The position numbers and the translations under genes were made by a program. DNA of 64,000 nt from positions 114,582 to 178,581 of the forward strand of contig JBBQFH010000002.1 in assembly GCA_038321865.1 (NCBI GenBank). Direction: 5' to 3'. Shown here in pieces: positions 29,203-40,389 of the stretch (position 1 is the stretch's first letter; each line of letters begins with the position of its first letter). Below the pieces are notes generated by a model. It ran no database searches. It was not told the origin of the DNA and was given only the letters and a program-made list of their open reading frames with translations. The stretch is from Gemmatimonadales bacterium. Lineage in GTDB: Bacteria > Gemmatimonadota > Gemmatimonadetes > Gemmatimonadales > GWC2-71-9.

Positions 29203-30651
29203 GTGACTCGCCGATGCCGCCTCGTCGGAGCGTGCCTGGCACTGCTCGCCGCCTGCGGACGCTCTCCGGACAAAACAGCCACCGCTGTTGCCGCCGCTGA
29301 CCGCGCCGCGCCGGCGACCACCGTGGTGCGCCTCGCCCGCGCAGGCGGACGAGCCCGCGCGTATGCCGTGCCGTCCCTGGAGCCCCAGACCTGGCAGTCG
29401 GACGGCACCATCCCGCCGATCGACACCATCGTCGGGATCGACTTCGAGCAGCACCTGATCTATGCGCTCGACCGAAAAAAGAACGTCTTTGCCCTCGACC
29501 TCGATTCCCGGCGCACCCGCTCATTGCTGCCGCAGACCGTTCGCGCCATCCTGGGCCCGGATGCGTCGTTGTACGCGGTGGACACCGCCCTTGCCATCGT
29601 CCAGATCTCGCGCCGCTCGGTCACGCGCTTCCCCGGCCGCCTCAGGGCGCTGCCGACGCAGCTCTTCGCGACCGCTGGCGGTGAGGTGCTCGCCGTCGAG
29701 CCGACGATCGGCCGGCTCGCGTCGATCAGCGCTGATGCCGCACGGTCCGTGGCCCTGCCCCGCGGCCCGCTTGCCGCCTCGTTCTGGGGTGACCTGATTG
29801 CGGTGGCCACCGACACCGGGATCGTCCTTGCCGATCCGCAGGCGAAGCGTGCACCGGCCGTGATCCGGGAGCCGGGTGCCCGCGCCCTGTTGTTCTCGCC
29901 GTCCGGGCATCGGCTCTACGCCGTCAGCGGTGCGCACGAGCTGCTGGTGATCGATCGCTTCGGGCGTACGATCATGAAGCGGATCCCGCTCCCGGCCGCC
30001 GCCGCCGTGATGCGGACCGACTTTTTCGGCAATTGGCTGCTCGTACGGGCGGCCGATGGCAGCACCGTGTGGGTGGTCGACCTCGACCGCGAGAGCGTCC
30101 TGGCGACGGTGACGTCCGACTGGGCGGCGGACCTGCCGGCCATCAGCTCTCCGCATACCCTGCTGCTTCGGCGAGGGCCCGACGTCGTCGCACTCGATCT
30201 CTCGAGTGCGGCGCTTGGCGAATCCGGGCGCGTCGCGGCGGGTGCGGCCGATCTGTGGCTGCCGGTCGTCTGGGCGCCTCCGCCGGCCCGGGTACTGGAG
30301 ACCGCGGAAGCGACGAGCGACACCGCGCGAGTGGCGCCACCGGTCCGAATCATCCGCGCGGACAGCGGCCGGCCGGCGTCGCCCGATACCTCTCAGCCCG
30401 TTGTTCCCGCTGCGGGCACGCTGCTCTATCTGCAGGTCAGCAGCACCCGGAACCCGACCTGGGCCGACGATCTGGCCGGCAAGCTTCGCGGCGCCGGGCT
30501 CCAGCCGACGATATTGAAGCCGGCGGAGGCCGAAGAATCGTATCGCGTGGTGCTGGGGCCGTTCAAGACCCGCGAAGAGGCCGAGGCCACCGGCCGCCGC
30601 CTTGGCATGCCATCATTCGTCATCACGGCCCAGGGTGACTCCGGCCGATGA
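29203..30651 (+). CDS. SPOR-domain lipoprotein
   Basis: Lipobox LAAC; C-terminal YLQV...YRVVLGPF.TREEA. Confidence 0.8.
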   Translation: MTRRCRLVGACLALLAACGRSPDKTATAVAAADRAAPATTVVRLARAGGRARAYAVPSLEPQTWQSDGTIPPIDTIVGIDFEQHLIYALDRKKNVFALDLDSRRTRSLLPQTVRAILGPDASLYAVDTALAIVQISRRSVTRFPGRLRALPTQLFATAGGEVLAVEPTIGRLASISADAARSVALPRGPLAASFWGDLIAVATDTGIVLADPQAKRAPAVIREPGARALLFSPSGHRLYAVSGAHELLVIDRFGRTIMKRIPLPAAAAVMRTDFFGNWLLVRAADGSTVWVVDLDRESVLATVTSDWAADLPAISSPHTLLLRRGPDVVALDLSSAALGESGRVAAGAADLWLPVVWAPPPARVLETAEATSDTARVAPPVRIIRADSGRPASPDTSQPVVPAAGTLLYLQVSSTRNPTWADDLAGKLRGAGLQPTILKPAEAEESYRVVLGPFKTREEAEATGRRLGMPSFVITAQGDSGR

Positions 30652-30682
30652 TGCCTCCCCGTTTGCTGACAGGACCTGCGGC

Positions 30683-33600
30683 ATGAAGCTGACCAGGCTG
30701 GAGCTCTCCGGCTTCAAGTCCTTTGCGGACACGGTGACCCTGACATTCGAGGAGGGCGTCACCGCCATCGTTGGACCCAATGGGTGCGGCAAGTCCAATG
30801 TGTCGGACGCCGTTCGGTGGGTCCTCGGCGAGCAGTCTGCCCGGCTGCTGCGCGGCGGCAAGATGGAAGACGTGATCTTCCAGGGCTCGAGCGGCCGGCG
30901 GCCGGTCAACGTGACGGAAGTGTCGCTGTATCTCGACAACGCGGACGGCGATTTGCCGATCGCCTACCGGGAGGTCGTCATCACCCGGCGGCTCTCCCGC
31001 TCCGGGCAGAGCGATTACCTGCTGAACGGGTCTCCGGTCCGCCTGCGGGACATCCAGGACCTGCTGCGCGGCACCGGGCTCGGGAGCGACGCCGGAGTCG
31101 TGATCGAAGCGAAAATGATCGATCTGCTTCTCTCCGACCGTGCCGACGAGCGCCGCTCGCTGTTCGAGGAGGCGGCCGGCATCGGGCTCTACCGCGACCG
31201 GAAGCACAGCACCGAACGACGGCTCGAAGAGACCGCACAGGACCTGCAGCGGGTCGAAGACCTCATCGCCGAGGTGCAATCACAGATCCGCAGCCTGGCA
31301 CGCCAGCGCGGCAAGGCAGAGCGCCACGTAAAGCTGACCGAAGAAAAATTTACGGTGCAGCTCACGCTTGCACGCCGCATGCTGGACCGGCTCTCCGAGC
31401 AGGCCACCGGCATGGAGGTGCGCTATGGCGAGCTCAGCCGCATCCTTCCGACGGCCCGGCAGCGGCTCACCGATCGGGAGGCATCCCGCGAGCAACAGGC
31501 GCTCGCGCGCGCCGCCGCCGAAGCGAGTCGGACCGGCCTCTCCCGGGAGCTGGGAGCGATGCGAGTGGAGCTTGGCCGTCTGGAGGGGGATATCGCCCTG
31601 GCCAGAGAGCGGCTGGCGCATGCCACGGAGCGCAGGCTGCGGGCCGCAGAGGAGCGGGCACTGACCGAGGCCCGGGCCGCCGAGGCGGCGCGGGAGGAGA
31701 ACGCCGCGGAGGCAGAGCGAGCCCAGTCGCACGCTGAACATGAGCGGATTCAGGTGGAGCTCACCGCTCGGGCGGCCGAGGAGGATGGTGGTCGCGCGCG
31801 CGTAGTTGCGGCGCGAGAGGCCGTACGGACACAGGAGAAGGAGCTCCAGGATCGTCTGCAGCAGCTTCGGGCGCTCGAGGGTGAGCGAGCCGCGCTGGAC
31901 GGCGAGTTGGCGTCACTCCGGGAGCGGACTGCCCAGGCCGGCGCGCAACGAGCCGCGCTCCGAACCGAGCTGAGCGCCGCTGAGCGCCGTCGCGATCAGC
32001 TGGTCGAGCGTTCCGGCTTTCTGACCCACGAAGCTCGGCGTGCGCTCGACGAGGCGGAGCGGGCACGGCACGTGGTGGCGGAAACACGAGAGCGCGAGGC
32101 GACCCACCGCGCCACTCGGCGGCAGGCCGAAGAGCTGTTAGCGCAACTCACTACTCGTCGGCACGCCCTCGAGGAGCTCGAGCGCGACCGGGTCGGCCTG
32201 GCCCCGGGCGCCGCCGCGTTGCTTGCCGCACGCGGCCGCTTCGCGGACGGCGTCCTCGGCCCGCTCAGCGATTTCGTGAGCACGGGCCGGGAGGATGCGG
32301 AACTCGCCGAGCGGCTCTTGGGCGAGTGGATGCACGCGGTGCTGGTCCGGGACGAGGCTGCCGCCACCGCCATTCAGGCGTGGCACGCGGAGCAGCAGCC
32401 GGGCGCACTGGTGCTGCTGCCCGTCGAGCCAGGGCCGGCGGTGCACTCCGACAGCCAGGCGTTCGACGAGCGGCTCCGCGTCGAGGCGCCGGCCGTCGAC
32501 TGGGTCCACGCCGCGTTGGCCGGCTCCCGCGTGCTGGATGGTGCCGGGCGGGTCCTCCGACGCGCGAGCGGGGCGATCTTTCTTTCCGGAGCGGGCGCGC
32601 CTTCCGGCCCGCTCCGCCGCCGCGCCGAGATCGCGAGCCTCATCCAGGACGTGGCCAACGGCGAGCATGCGCTCTCGACGGCCCAGACCGTCCTGGGTGA
32701 GACGACAGCCCGGCTGGCGGATGCCGAGCGGCTCCTCGCCGTCGCCGCCGCGTCCGCGGAGTCCGCCCGGGAAGAGGAGCGACAGGGAGCCGCCACTCGG
32801 GAAGATGCGATCCGCGTTTTAGGCCATCTGACGCGAGAGTTGGCCGATTCCGAAGCGCAGCTGGCACGGGTCGCGGAGCGACTCGCCCGCGCCGAGCTTC
32901 GCCTGGGGGAGATTGACGCGGCGCTCGTGGAGGAGGAGGTCGGCCGCGCGCGGGGTGACGACCTGCTGGCCCGCGCGCGCGCGGACTTCGCCGCGGTGGA
33001 AGCGGATCAGGAAGCGGCACGCGAAGCGCGCGTACACCGGCAGGTGCAGGAGGCACACGTCGGAGCCCGGTTGCGCGCGGCCACCGAGCGCCTCGAACGC
33101 GCCGCGCGCACGCGGACGGAAGCCGAAACCGGCGGTGCCGCGCTCCGCGCCGAGCTGGTGCGCCTGGACGCTGACACCGCTGTTCTGGAGGCGCAGCGCG
33201 CCGGCTGGAGCGAGACGCGCGCTGACCGCATGGCAGCCGTGGCCGAGCTCGAAACGGCCACGACCAGCGCCGAGTCCACGCTCGAGGAGGCCGAGCGCGC
33301 ATTGGCCGCAGTTGAGCGCGCGCTGGCCGACACCCGGCACGAGATCGACACCCTCGCCGAGGAAAGTCACCGGCTTCAGATCGAACGGACCGAGGCTGCC
33401 GCGGCGCGCCGAAGCATCACCGAGCGCGTCGAGGCAGAGTGGCGCCGGCCGATCGCGGCATTACTCGAGAGCGTCGCCATGCTCGACCTGGATCTGGAGA
33501 CGCTGGAGGCGGAGTCGGCGCGGATCGTCGGGGCGCTGGAGAGCATCGGGCCGGTCAATCCGCTCGCGGTCGAGGAACACGCGGAGGAAAGCAAGCGGCT

Positions 33601-34159
33601 GGACTTTCTCATTGCCCAGCGGGACGACCTCGTCAGCGCGCGCCAGTCGCTCATGCAGGCCATCCGCGAGATCGACGGGACGGCGCGCCAGATGTTCCTG
33701 GAGACCTTCAACGCCGTGCAGGGCAATTTTCTCAAGGTATTCACCACGCTGTTCGGCGGCGGCGAGTGTGATCTGCGCCTGGCCAATGCCGCGGATCCGC
33801 TGGAGAGCGAGATCGAGATTCATGCCGCGCCGCGGGGAAAGCGCACGCAGCGGATTCATCTGCTGTCGTCCGGCGAACGCACGCTGGTGGCCGTCTCGCT
33901 GCTGTTCAGCATCTATCTGACAAAGCCCAGCCCGTTCTGCCTCATGGATGAGGTGGATGCGCCGCTCGACGACGCGAACGTCGGCCGGTTCACCCGGCTC
34001 CTCGATGAGTTCAAGGCGACGACCCAGTTCCTGGTCATTACTCACAATCCGAGAACCATGCAATCGGCCGACGCCGTCTACGGCGTGACGATGCAGGAAC
34101 CAGGTGTGTCCACAATCGTGGGGGTGAAGCTGGGCGAGCGGGAGCGGGAACTCGCGTGA
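30683..34159 (+). CDS. smc: Chromosome segregation protein SMC
   Basis: GFKSF, GPNGCGKSN, coiled coils and hinge, LSSGE, DEVDAPLD. Confidence 0.97.
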   Translation: MKLTRLELSGFKSFADTVTLTFEEGVTAIVGPNGCGKSNVSDAVRWVLGEQSARLLRGGKMEDVIFQGSSGRRPVNVTEVSLYLDNADGDLPIAYREVVITRRLSRSGQSDYLLNGSPVRLRDIQDLLRGTGLGSDAGVVIEAKMIDLLLSDRADERRSLFEEAAGIGLYRDRKHSTERRLEETAQDLQRVEDLIAEVQSQIRSLARQRGKAERHVKLTEEKFTVQLTLARRMLDRLSEQATGMEVRYGELSRILPTARQRLTDREASREQQALARAAAEASRTGLSRELGAMRVELGRLEGDIALARERLAHATERRLRAAEERALTEARAAEAAREENAAEAERAQSHAEHERIQVELTARAAEEDGGRARVVAAREAVRTQEKELQDRLQQLRALEGERAALDGELASLRERTAQAGAQRAALRTELSAAERRRDQLVERSGFLTHEARRALDEAERARHVVAETREREATHRATRRQAEELLAQLTTRRHALEELERDRVGLAPGAAALLAARGRFADGVLGPLSDFVSTGREDAELAERLLGEWMHAVLVRDEAAATAIQAWHAEQQPGALVLLPVEPGPAVHSDSQAFDERLRVEAPAVDWVHAALAGSRVLDGAGRVLRRASGAIFLSGAGAPSGPLRRRAEIASLIQDVANGEHALSTAQTVLGETTARLADAERLLAVAAASAESAREEERQGAATREDAIRVLGHLTRELADSEAQLARVAERLARAELRLGEIDAALVEEEVGRARGDDLLARARADFAAVEADQEAAREARVHRQVQEAHVGARLRAATERLERAARTRTEAETGGAALRAELVRLDADTAVLEAQRAGWSETRADRMAAVAELETATTSAESTLEEAERALAAVERALADTRHEIDTLAEESHRLQIERTEAAAARRSITERVEAEWRRPIAALLESVAMLDLDLETLEAESARIVGALESIGPVNPLAVEEHAEESKRLDFLIAQRDDLVSARQSLMQAIREIDGTARQMFLETFNAVQGNFLKVFTTLFGGGECDLRLANAADPLESEIEIHAAPRGKRTQRIHLLSSGERTLVAVSLLFSIYLTKPSPFCLMDEVDAPLDDANVGRFTRLLDEFKATTQFLVITHNPRTMQSADAVYGVTMQEPGVSTIVGVKLGERERELA

Positions 34160-34226
34160 CGCGGCTTCCGGGAATGGTCCGTCCCTTGCATAGGCCGCTG
34201 CTGCGCGTCCCCGGGGGGTCGGAGCC

Positions 34227-35267
34227 ATGTTGATCGTCATGCGGCACGGGGCGCCCGAAGCCGATATACAGCGAGTCGTGAGCGTGATCGAGGAAATGGG
34301 GTATCAGGCGCGACCGATGCCAGGTAAGCAACGCATCACCGTCGGGGTGGTCGGAAATGACGGCCGGATCGACGGCTCCCGGCTGGAGGCGCTGGATGGC
34401 GTGCAGGAGATCATCCACGTCACTAAGGCCTACAAGCAGGTCTCACGGGAGTGGAAGCCGGAATCGACCGTCGTCCGCCTGCCTGGCGGCCTCAGCATCG
34501 GGGGCGACGACGTCGTCGTGATGGCGGGCCCCTGTTCCGTCGAAAGTGAGGAGCAGATTCTCGCGGTGGCCGCCGCCGTGCGCGATGCGGGCGCGACTGT
34601 GCTTCGGGGCGGCGCCTTCAAACCGCGCAGCTCGCCCTACTCATTTCAGGGACTGGGGCGGCGAGGGCTGGACCTCCTCGGCCGTGCCCGCGCCGAAACC
34701 GGACTGCTGATCGTGACGGAGGCGATGGACGCCGAAGGCGTCGACATGGTGTCAGAAGTGGCCGACATCATTCAGATCGGCGCCCGGAACATGCAGAATT
34801 ATTCCCTGCTCAAGACGGCGGGACGTGCCGGGAAGCCCGTGCTGCTCAAGCGCGGCCTCAGCGCCACGATCCAGGAGCTGCTGCTCTCCGCCGAATACAT
34901 ATTGGCCGAAGGAAATCCGGACGTGATTCTCTGCGAACGCGGCGTGCGCGGCTTTGACGGCGCCACCAGAAACCTGTTCGATGTCAGCGCCGTGCCGGTC
35001 GTGCACGGCCTGTCGCACCTGCCGATCATCGCGGACCCGAGCCACGGCACCGGGCACCGTGAGATGGTCACACCGATGGCCTTGGCCGCGGTGGCCGCCG
35101 GCGCTGACGGACTCCTGGTCGAGGTCCATCCCGATCCGCAGCGCGCATGGTCCGATGGCGCCCAGAGTCTCGAGGTGCCCCAGTTCCAGCGGCTGATGCG
35201 CGAGGCACGGCTGATTGCGGAGGCCATCGGCCGGCGCGTGGCCGAGCCGGCGGGACTCCGCGCATGA
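34227..35267 (+). CDS. aroF: DAHP synthase (type I beta, ACT-like N-domain)
   Basis: [35 protein letters not shown]. Confidence 0.95.
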   Translation: MLIVMRHGAPEADIQRVVSVIEEMGYQARPMPGKQRITVGVVGNDGRIDGSRLEALDGVQEIIHVTKAYKQVSREWKPESTVVRLPGGLSIGGDDVVVMAGPCSVESEEQILAVAAAVRDAGATVLRGGAFKPRSSPYSFQGLGRRGLDLLGRARAETGLLIVTEAMDAEGVDMVSEVADIIQIGARNMQNYSLLKTAGRAGKPVLLKRGLSATIQELLLSAEYILAEGNPDVILCERGVRGFDGATRNLFDVSAVPVVHGLSHLPIIADPSHGTGHREMVTPMALAAVAAGADGLLVEVHPDPQRAWSDGAQSLEVPQFQRLMREARLIAEAIGRRVAEPAGLRA

Positions 35268-35923
35268 GGGCGCGATGGCTGGCCGCCTGCATCGCCCTGG
35301 GCGCCCTCACAACCACCCCCGCCGTTGCCCAGAATGCGGCGGACGTCGTCGGCCGATCGGCACGGGCCTACGCGTCGCTCGGTTCGCTTCGAGCGGAATT
35401 CGAGCAGCGCATCGATGATCCGCTGATCGACACCGCGCTCACCAGCCGCGGTACGCTGGTGCAATCCGGCCAGTCGAAGCTGTCCATGCGATTCTCATCG
35501 CCGCCGGACGACCGCATCATCATCGATGGTCAGCACGTGTGGGTCTACACGCCGAGCACGACACCCGGGCAGGTCCTCCGGCTGGCACTGCCGAGCGGCG
35601 GGCCGGTCTATGGGTTCAACGTGCTGTCCTGGATTCTGGACCGGCCGAGCGAGCGATACCGGATGCGCTATCTCCGGAGTGACCAGGTGGGCGGACGGGG
35701 AGTGGATGTGGTCGAGCTGACGCCGAACGTTCCGGAACTGCCCTTCAGCAAGGCGATCGTGTGGCTCGACCGGGACGATGCGCTGCCGCGCCGCCTCGAG
35801 ATCACTGAGCGGCTTGGCGGAACGCGCACCATCACGCTCTCCCGGCTCCGCGCGAACGCGTCGGTTGCCGATAGCACCTTCCTCTTCAAGGTGCCGGCCG
35901 GCGTCCACGTGGTGGATCAGTAG
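35264..35923 (+). CDS. lolA: Outer-membrane lipoprotein carrier LolA-like
   Basis: Signal peptide; A.F.Q, DG..VW.Y.P, F.F.VP.GV.VV. Confidence 0.8.
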   Translation: MRARWLAACIALGALTTTPAVAQNAADVVGRSARAYASLGSLRAEFEQRIDDPLIDTALTSRGTLVQSGQSKLSMRFSSPPDDRIIIDGQHVWVYTPSTTPGQVLRLALPSGGPVYGFNVLSWILDRPSERYRMRYLRSDQVGGRGVDVVELTPNVPELPFSKAIVWLDRDDALPRRLEITERLGGTRTITLSRLRANASVADSTFLFKVPAGVHVVDQ

Positions 35924-35926
35924 CCC

Positions 35927-36775
35927 TCAGCCGGCGGCGAGCACCCGCACCACCGCATCCGCGGCCGCCGGCGCCAGTCCAGCGCTCCTCGCCAGGCCCA
36001 GCGCCACCATCCCAAGGTCACAGTAGAGCCGGCGCTCCCGCCCCTCGAGGCGGGACAAATGTGCCGTGACCGTGGCGACGTCTCCGCGGCGAATGGCACC
36101 CGTCAGCGCCGCTTCCGGGCCGAGCGCCGCCAGATTCGATGCCGCTCCGGCGAGCAGCGGCCGGTAGATCTCGCCCGCCTCGACAGGCCCGATCCCCGCG
36201 CGCCGCGCCATTCCCTCTCCGACCGCCAGCAGCGACGCCGCATAGTTGGCGACGAACGTCGCTCCGAGATGGTAATCCGCCTTGCCGCCCGTCGGAATGC
36301 GGACCGGCCGCATGCCGATCGCTCGCGCGAGCACCTCAGCGCCCTCGATCGCGCGCGCGTCTCCCTCCACTCCAGCATACGCGCCGCGGAGCCGCTCACT
36401 GGCGAGGGCGGGGTCCGCGACGGTCTGGAGCGGGTGCAGCGAGCCGAGCCCCGCGCCGGTCACGCCCAGCGGGGCGAGCGCCTCGCGATCGAGCAGTCCG
36501 GACAAATGGAGTACCACGTGTTCCGAACCGATCGAGGCGGATGCGGCCAGGTGGGTGGCCACATCCCCGATGGAGCCATCCGGCACCGCGATCAGCACCA
36601 TGCGACTCGCCGCGACCGGCGTCGGCCAGCGATCGGACGGCCAGATGAGGTTAGGCACCTCCACGCGCTCACGTCGGCCGAGGAGCGTGACGCCCCGCCC
36701 CGCCGATGCCAGCGCCAGCGCCAGACCGCGACCCATCCTTCCCGGGCCGATGATCGCAATCGAGCCGTCAGCCAC
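35927..36775 (-). CDS. Rossmann-like plus DUF2520 oxidoreductase
   Basis: IIGPGRMG, HLSG, HPLQT, YH, ALTGAIRRGD. Confidence 0.88.
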   Translation of the reverse strand: MADGSIAIIGPGRMGRGLALALASAGRGVTLLGRRERVEVPNLIWPSDRWPTPVAASRMVLIAVPDGSIGDVATHLAASASIGSEHVVLHLSGLLDREALAPLGVTGAGLGSLHPLQTVADPALASERLRGAYAGVEGDARAIEGAEVLARAIGMRPVRIPTGGKADYHLGATFVANYAASLLAVGEGMARRAGIGPVEAGEIYRPLLAGAASNLAALGPEAALTGAIRRGDVATVTAHLSRLEGRERRLYCDLGMVALGLARSAGLAPAAADAVVRVLAAG

Positions 36776-36800
36776 CAACCCTCCCGCGTCCGGCCCGCGA

Positions 36801-36835
36801 AAGCCCGGCCGGCCCCTGGTAGGCCGGCCGGGCTT
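36801..36835 (-). terminator. Probable terminator downstream of ctpA
   Basis: 14-bp inverted repeat AAGCCCGGCCGGCC/GGCCGGCCGGGCTT. Confidence 0.6.
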
Positions 36836-36864
36836 CGTAATACCCCGCATTCCGAGACTGGATG

Positions 36865-38505
36865 CTAGTTCCTGCCGGCCCCAGCCGGCGGCTGAGCAGA
36901 CAGCGCAAGCAGCTCCTTCGGAGTCTGGGCGCGACGGAGGAGACCAAGTGCGGTCTGCATCTGGTGATCGTCTCCCGCACGGCGCCGGAACTCAGCCGGG
37001 CGGCCGAACACGTATCGGGCAATCTGGTAGCCGATCTGGGGGTCCACCAGCGTGGCCGCGCTGTCGTACACCATCTGCGACACCTGCACGCCGCCCGCCT
37101 TCAACCGTTGAAACACCTGCTGGTGCATCTCTGGCGTCACCCTGAAGTTTTCCGAGCGAACCGATCCCTTCTGCTTCACCTCCAGTGCATAGCTCGTGAG
37201 TACGTCGAGGTACACCGGGGTCTTGTCAGCCAGGTCGCGGACGAACTCCTTCTCGGGCCCGGTGAGCGTGTCCCGCCGGACCACGACATCGGGCACGATG
37301 CCGCCGCCGCCGCGGACCGTTCGTCCGGCGTCGGTCTGGAAGATGGGGCGGGCCTTGATCGAGGTATCGCGCGGGGCCGCCAGCGAGTCATGCGGTGCGA
37401 CACTGCCGTCGGCGATCGCCTGGCGGAACTGGTCCTCTTCGTCCTTGGCCGTGCGCTGAATCGTGCGCCCGCTCGGCGTGAACCAGCGCGCGGTCGTCAG
37501 CTTCAGCGCGACGCCGTCGGCCAGCGGGTAGAGCGTCTGCACCAGCCCCTTGCCGAACGTCGGCGAGCCGACGACGACTGCGCGGTCGTGGTCCTGCAGG
37601 GCGCCGGCGATAATCTCCGCGGCGCTCGCCGTGCCCTCGTCGACCAGTACGACAATCGGCATATCGGGCCAGACCTGGCGGGCCTGATCGAAGAACTCCT
37701 GCGACGAGTGCGGCGCGCGGCCTCGGGTGGACACAATCTCCTGCTTCGGATCGAGGAAGAGATCACCCACTTCGACACCCTGATTGAGCAGCCCGCCCGG
37801 GTTGCCGCGCAGGTCGAATACCATCTCCTTCATGCCCTTCGCGCGCATCGCCGTGATCTCGTCCCGCAGCTCCCGCGCGGAGGTCTCCGACACGGGCGCG
37901 AGCGAGATGTAGCCCACTCCGCCGTCGAACAGCGTCCCCGCCGGCACCGACCGCTGGTGGATGCTGGCGCGGGTGAGCTCGTACGGCATGACCTGGCCGA
38001 GCCCGACACGACGGACCACGATCTTCACCTTGCTGCCGGGCTCGCCGCGAAGGGCCTTCACGGCCTGGTCGCTCTTCCAGCCCTCGGTAGAATTGCCGTT
38101 GACCTCGATGATCTGGTCTCCGGTCTGAATGCCCGCTCGTTCGGCCGGCGTTTCGGGGAGGGGCGCAACGACCGTGATCCACCCGTTGCGCACGTCGATC
38201 TGGATGCCGAGCCCCGCGTAATTGCCGGAGGTCTGTTCGGTCAGCTGCTTGTAATCGTCCCCCGTGAGCAGCACGGAGTAGGGATCCTTGAGCTCGCTGA
38301 GCATGCCGTCGGTGGCCTTGCGATAGAGCGAGCTGTCCGCGATGGAATCCACATAGTAGCTGCTCACATGCGACAGCACGTCGTTGAACAGTCGTTCCTG
38401 CTGATAGCCGACCGCCTGTGGTCCCGAGCTGCGCTGCAACAGCCAGCCGCCGCTCGCAAAGGAGATCACCGCCACCACGCCAATTACTCCCCACCGCTGC
38501 TTCAT
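36865..38505 (-). CDS. ctpA: S41 carboxyl-terminal processing protease
   Basis: PDZ (GLGI), DLRGNPGG, TASAAEIIAGALQD, TFGKGLVQ. Confidence 0.93.
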   Translation of the reverse strand: MKQRWGVIGVVAVISFASGGWLLQRSSGPQAVGYQQERLFNDVLSHVSSYYVDSIADSSLYRKATDGMLSELKDPYSVLLTGDDYKQLTEQTSGNYAGLGIQIDVRNGWITVVAPLPETPAERAGIQTGDQIIEVNGNSTEGWKSDQAVKALRGEPGSKVKIVVRRVGLGQVMPYELTRASIHQRSVPAGTLFDGGVGYISLAPVSETSARELRDEITAMRAKGMKEMVFDLRGNPGGLLNQGVEVGDLFLDPKQEIVSTRGRAPHSSQEFFDQARQVWPDMPIVVLVDEGTASAAEIIAGALQDHDRAVVVGSPTFGKGLVQTLYPLADGVALKLTTARWFTPSGRTIQRTAKDEEDQFRQAIADGSVAPHDSLAAPRDTSIKARPIFQTDAGRTVRGGGGIVPDVVVRRDTLTGPEKEFVRDLADKTPVYLDVLTSYALEVKQKGSVRSENFRVTPEMHQQVFQRLKAGGVQVSQMVYDSAATLVDPQIGYQIARYVFGRPAEFRRRAGDDHQMQTALGLLRRAQTPKELLALSAQPPAGAGRN

Positions 38506-38537
38506 GTGTTCCCTCCCGACAGAAGCGCCCGCCCGTC

Positions 38538-39188
38538 TCAGACTTGCTGACCGCGGCTGGCGCCGAAAGTTTCCGGTCTGGCCCGCTGGAGCACTGCCCA
38601 TGCGAGCTCGGCCACCCGCTCGGCTGGCAGCCCTGCATCCAAATGTATCACCCCTGTGCCAGCGGCCTGACGATACGCGGCCCAGACGCGCTGGTGAAAA
38701 CCGACATCCTCCTGCTCGATCCGGTCCGGCGCCTTGCCCGAAGCAGTCTGGCGGGCGCGCCCAGCCGCCGGATCCACATCTAGAACCAGCGTAACATCAG
38801 GAGCGGTACCCATTGTCGCACAAGCGTTTACCTGCTCGACCATCGGCCGTTCCAGCCCACGACCTGCCACCTGGTAAGCAAAGGTCGACAGGTCGAATCG
38901 ATCCGACATGACGACACGTCCGTCTTTCAGCGCCGGACGGATTACCTCGTGCACCAGGCTGGAGCGGGCCGCGGTCATGAAGAGCAGTTCCGAATGCGCG
39001 TTCATCCTGGCGCCAGGATCAAGCAGCAGCTCCCGTATCCGCTCCGCAGCGGGTGTACCTCCCGGCTCGCGCACGATCACCGGGTCGATCCCGCGTTCCC
39101 GCATGCGGCCTGCAAGAGCTGCGCCCAGCGTCGACTTCCCGGCCCCTTCCGGTCCTTCCAGCACCAGGAAGAAGCCGGGGCTGGTCAC
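38538..39188 (-). CDS. tmk: Thymidylate kinase
   Basis: EGPEGAGKST, REPGGT, DRF..S..AYQ. Confidence 0.96.
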   Translation of the reverse strand: MTSPGFFLVLEGPEGAGKSTLGAALAGRMRERGIDPVIVREPGGTPAAERIRELLLDPGARMNAHSELLFMTAARSSLVHEVIRPALKDGRVVMSDRFDLSTFAYQVAGRGLERPMVEQVNACATMGTAPDVTLVLDVDPAAGRARQTASGKAPDRIEQEDVGFHQRVWAAYRQAAGTGVIHLDAGLPAERVAELAWAVLQRARPETFGASRGQQV

Positions 39189-39538
39189 GCGAGGGTGATG
39201 ATGCTGCTGGTCGCGCCGCGCTCCATGCCTTCGCTGATCTGCTGGTTCACCTTCGCCATGAGCTTTTCGAAGTTGGTGCGCGCGACGACGTACGCCTGAC
39301 CGGTCGTACTGGTCTCCAGCTCACGCACCGCGGTCTCATACGCCTCCGCCGTAGGCTCATCGGGCATCTGGCCGGACGCGACGAGCTGGTCCACCTGGCG
39401 CGCGAGCGTCTGAATCTGGTCAAGCTTGGCGACGGTGTCCTTGTCCTCTCGCAGGGCGCCTTCGGCGCGGCGGAGCGCCTGATATTCCGCCGCCTGTCCG
39501 ATCAGGCGGCCCAGCTCCTGTGCCTTGTCCCAGATCAC
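39185..39538 (-). CDS. YlbF/YmcA-family regulator
   Basis: DKAQELGRLI....EY pattern; 117 aa helical. Confidence 0.7.
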   Translation of the reverse strand: MIWDKAQELGRLIGQAAEYQALRRAEGALREDKDTVAKLDQIQTLARQVDQLVASGQMPDEPTAEAYETAVRELETSTTGQAYVVARTNFEKLMAKVNQQISEGMERGATSSIITLA

Positions 39539-40389
39539 GATTCCGTGCTCCTCCGCGCGAACAGGTATCGATCGCGCCCGTATAGGTCGGTCTCAACGAC
39601 GATGTCGCGCCAGCCGAATGCTGACGCGCGCCCGGCGACCGCAGCCGCCCGATTGCAATCCACTTCCAGCGCGATCCAGCCCCCAGGCCTCACCACGCGC
39701 AGTCCGTCTCGCAGCAGCAGCGACGTCGCCGCGAGACCGTCGGCGCCGCTCACCAGGGCGGACCCCGGCTCCCAGTCACGAACCGACGGATCGAGGGCGG
39801 CGTATTCGTCGGCCGTAAGATAGGGTGGATTCGAGACCAGCGCGTCGATTGACGCATCGGCCAGCGCGAAGGTCAGATCCCCCCGCAGCAGCGGCACGTT
39901 CACACCACAGCGCCGGCTGTTGGCCCGGGCGACCGCGAGCGCGGCTGCGGAACAGTCCAGCCCGGTGACCGATGCATAGCCGCCTTCGCGCGCGAGACTC
40001 AGCGCGATGCAGCCGCTGCCCGTGCCGACGTCCACCACCGCTCCCGCATCGACGCGGGCGAGCACACCTGCTACCAGCCCTTCCGTCTCGGGCCGCGGAA
40101 TCAGCACGCGGCGATCCACCAGCAGCTCCAGCAAGCGGAACCCGGCGATCCCCGTGACGTATGGCAGCGGCTCTCCGACGGCGCGGCGCGCGATCGCGCG
40201 CTCGAGCCCGTCGGCCTCGGACGGATCGAGCAGCCCATCGCCGAGGCCGAAGGCCTCCGCCGGCGAGCGGTTGCAGAGGGCGGCCCAGAGCTGCCGCACC
40301 TCGCGCCCGGCGTGCTCGATCCCGGCCGCGTCCAGGGTGGCGCGCCCAGCCCGCAGCAGCGATGCGAGTGGGGCGGCGGTGTCAGGCAT
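39535..40389 (-). CDS. prmC: Release factor glutamine methyltransferase
   Basis: GEPL.Y, LIPRPETE, DVGTGSG, SNPPY. Confidence 0.96.
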   Translation of the reverse strand: MPDTAAPLASLLRAGRATLDAAGIEHAGREVRQLWAALCNRSPAEAFGLGDGLLDPSEADGLERAIARRAVGEPLPYVTGIAGFRLLELLVDRRVLIPRPETEGLVAGVLARVDAGAVVDVGTGSGCIALSLAREGGYASVTGLDCSAAALAVARANSRRCGVNVPLLRGDLTFALADASIDALVSNPPYLTADEYAALDPSVRDWEPGSALVSGADGLAATSLLLRDGLRVVRPGGWIALEVDCNRAAAVAGRASAFGWRDIVVETDLYGRDRYLFARRSTES

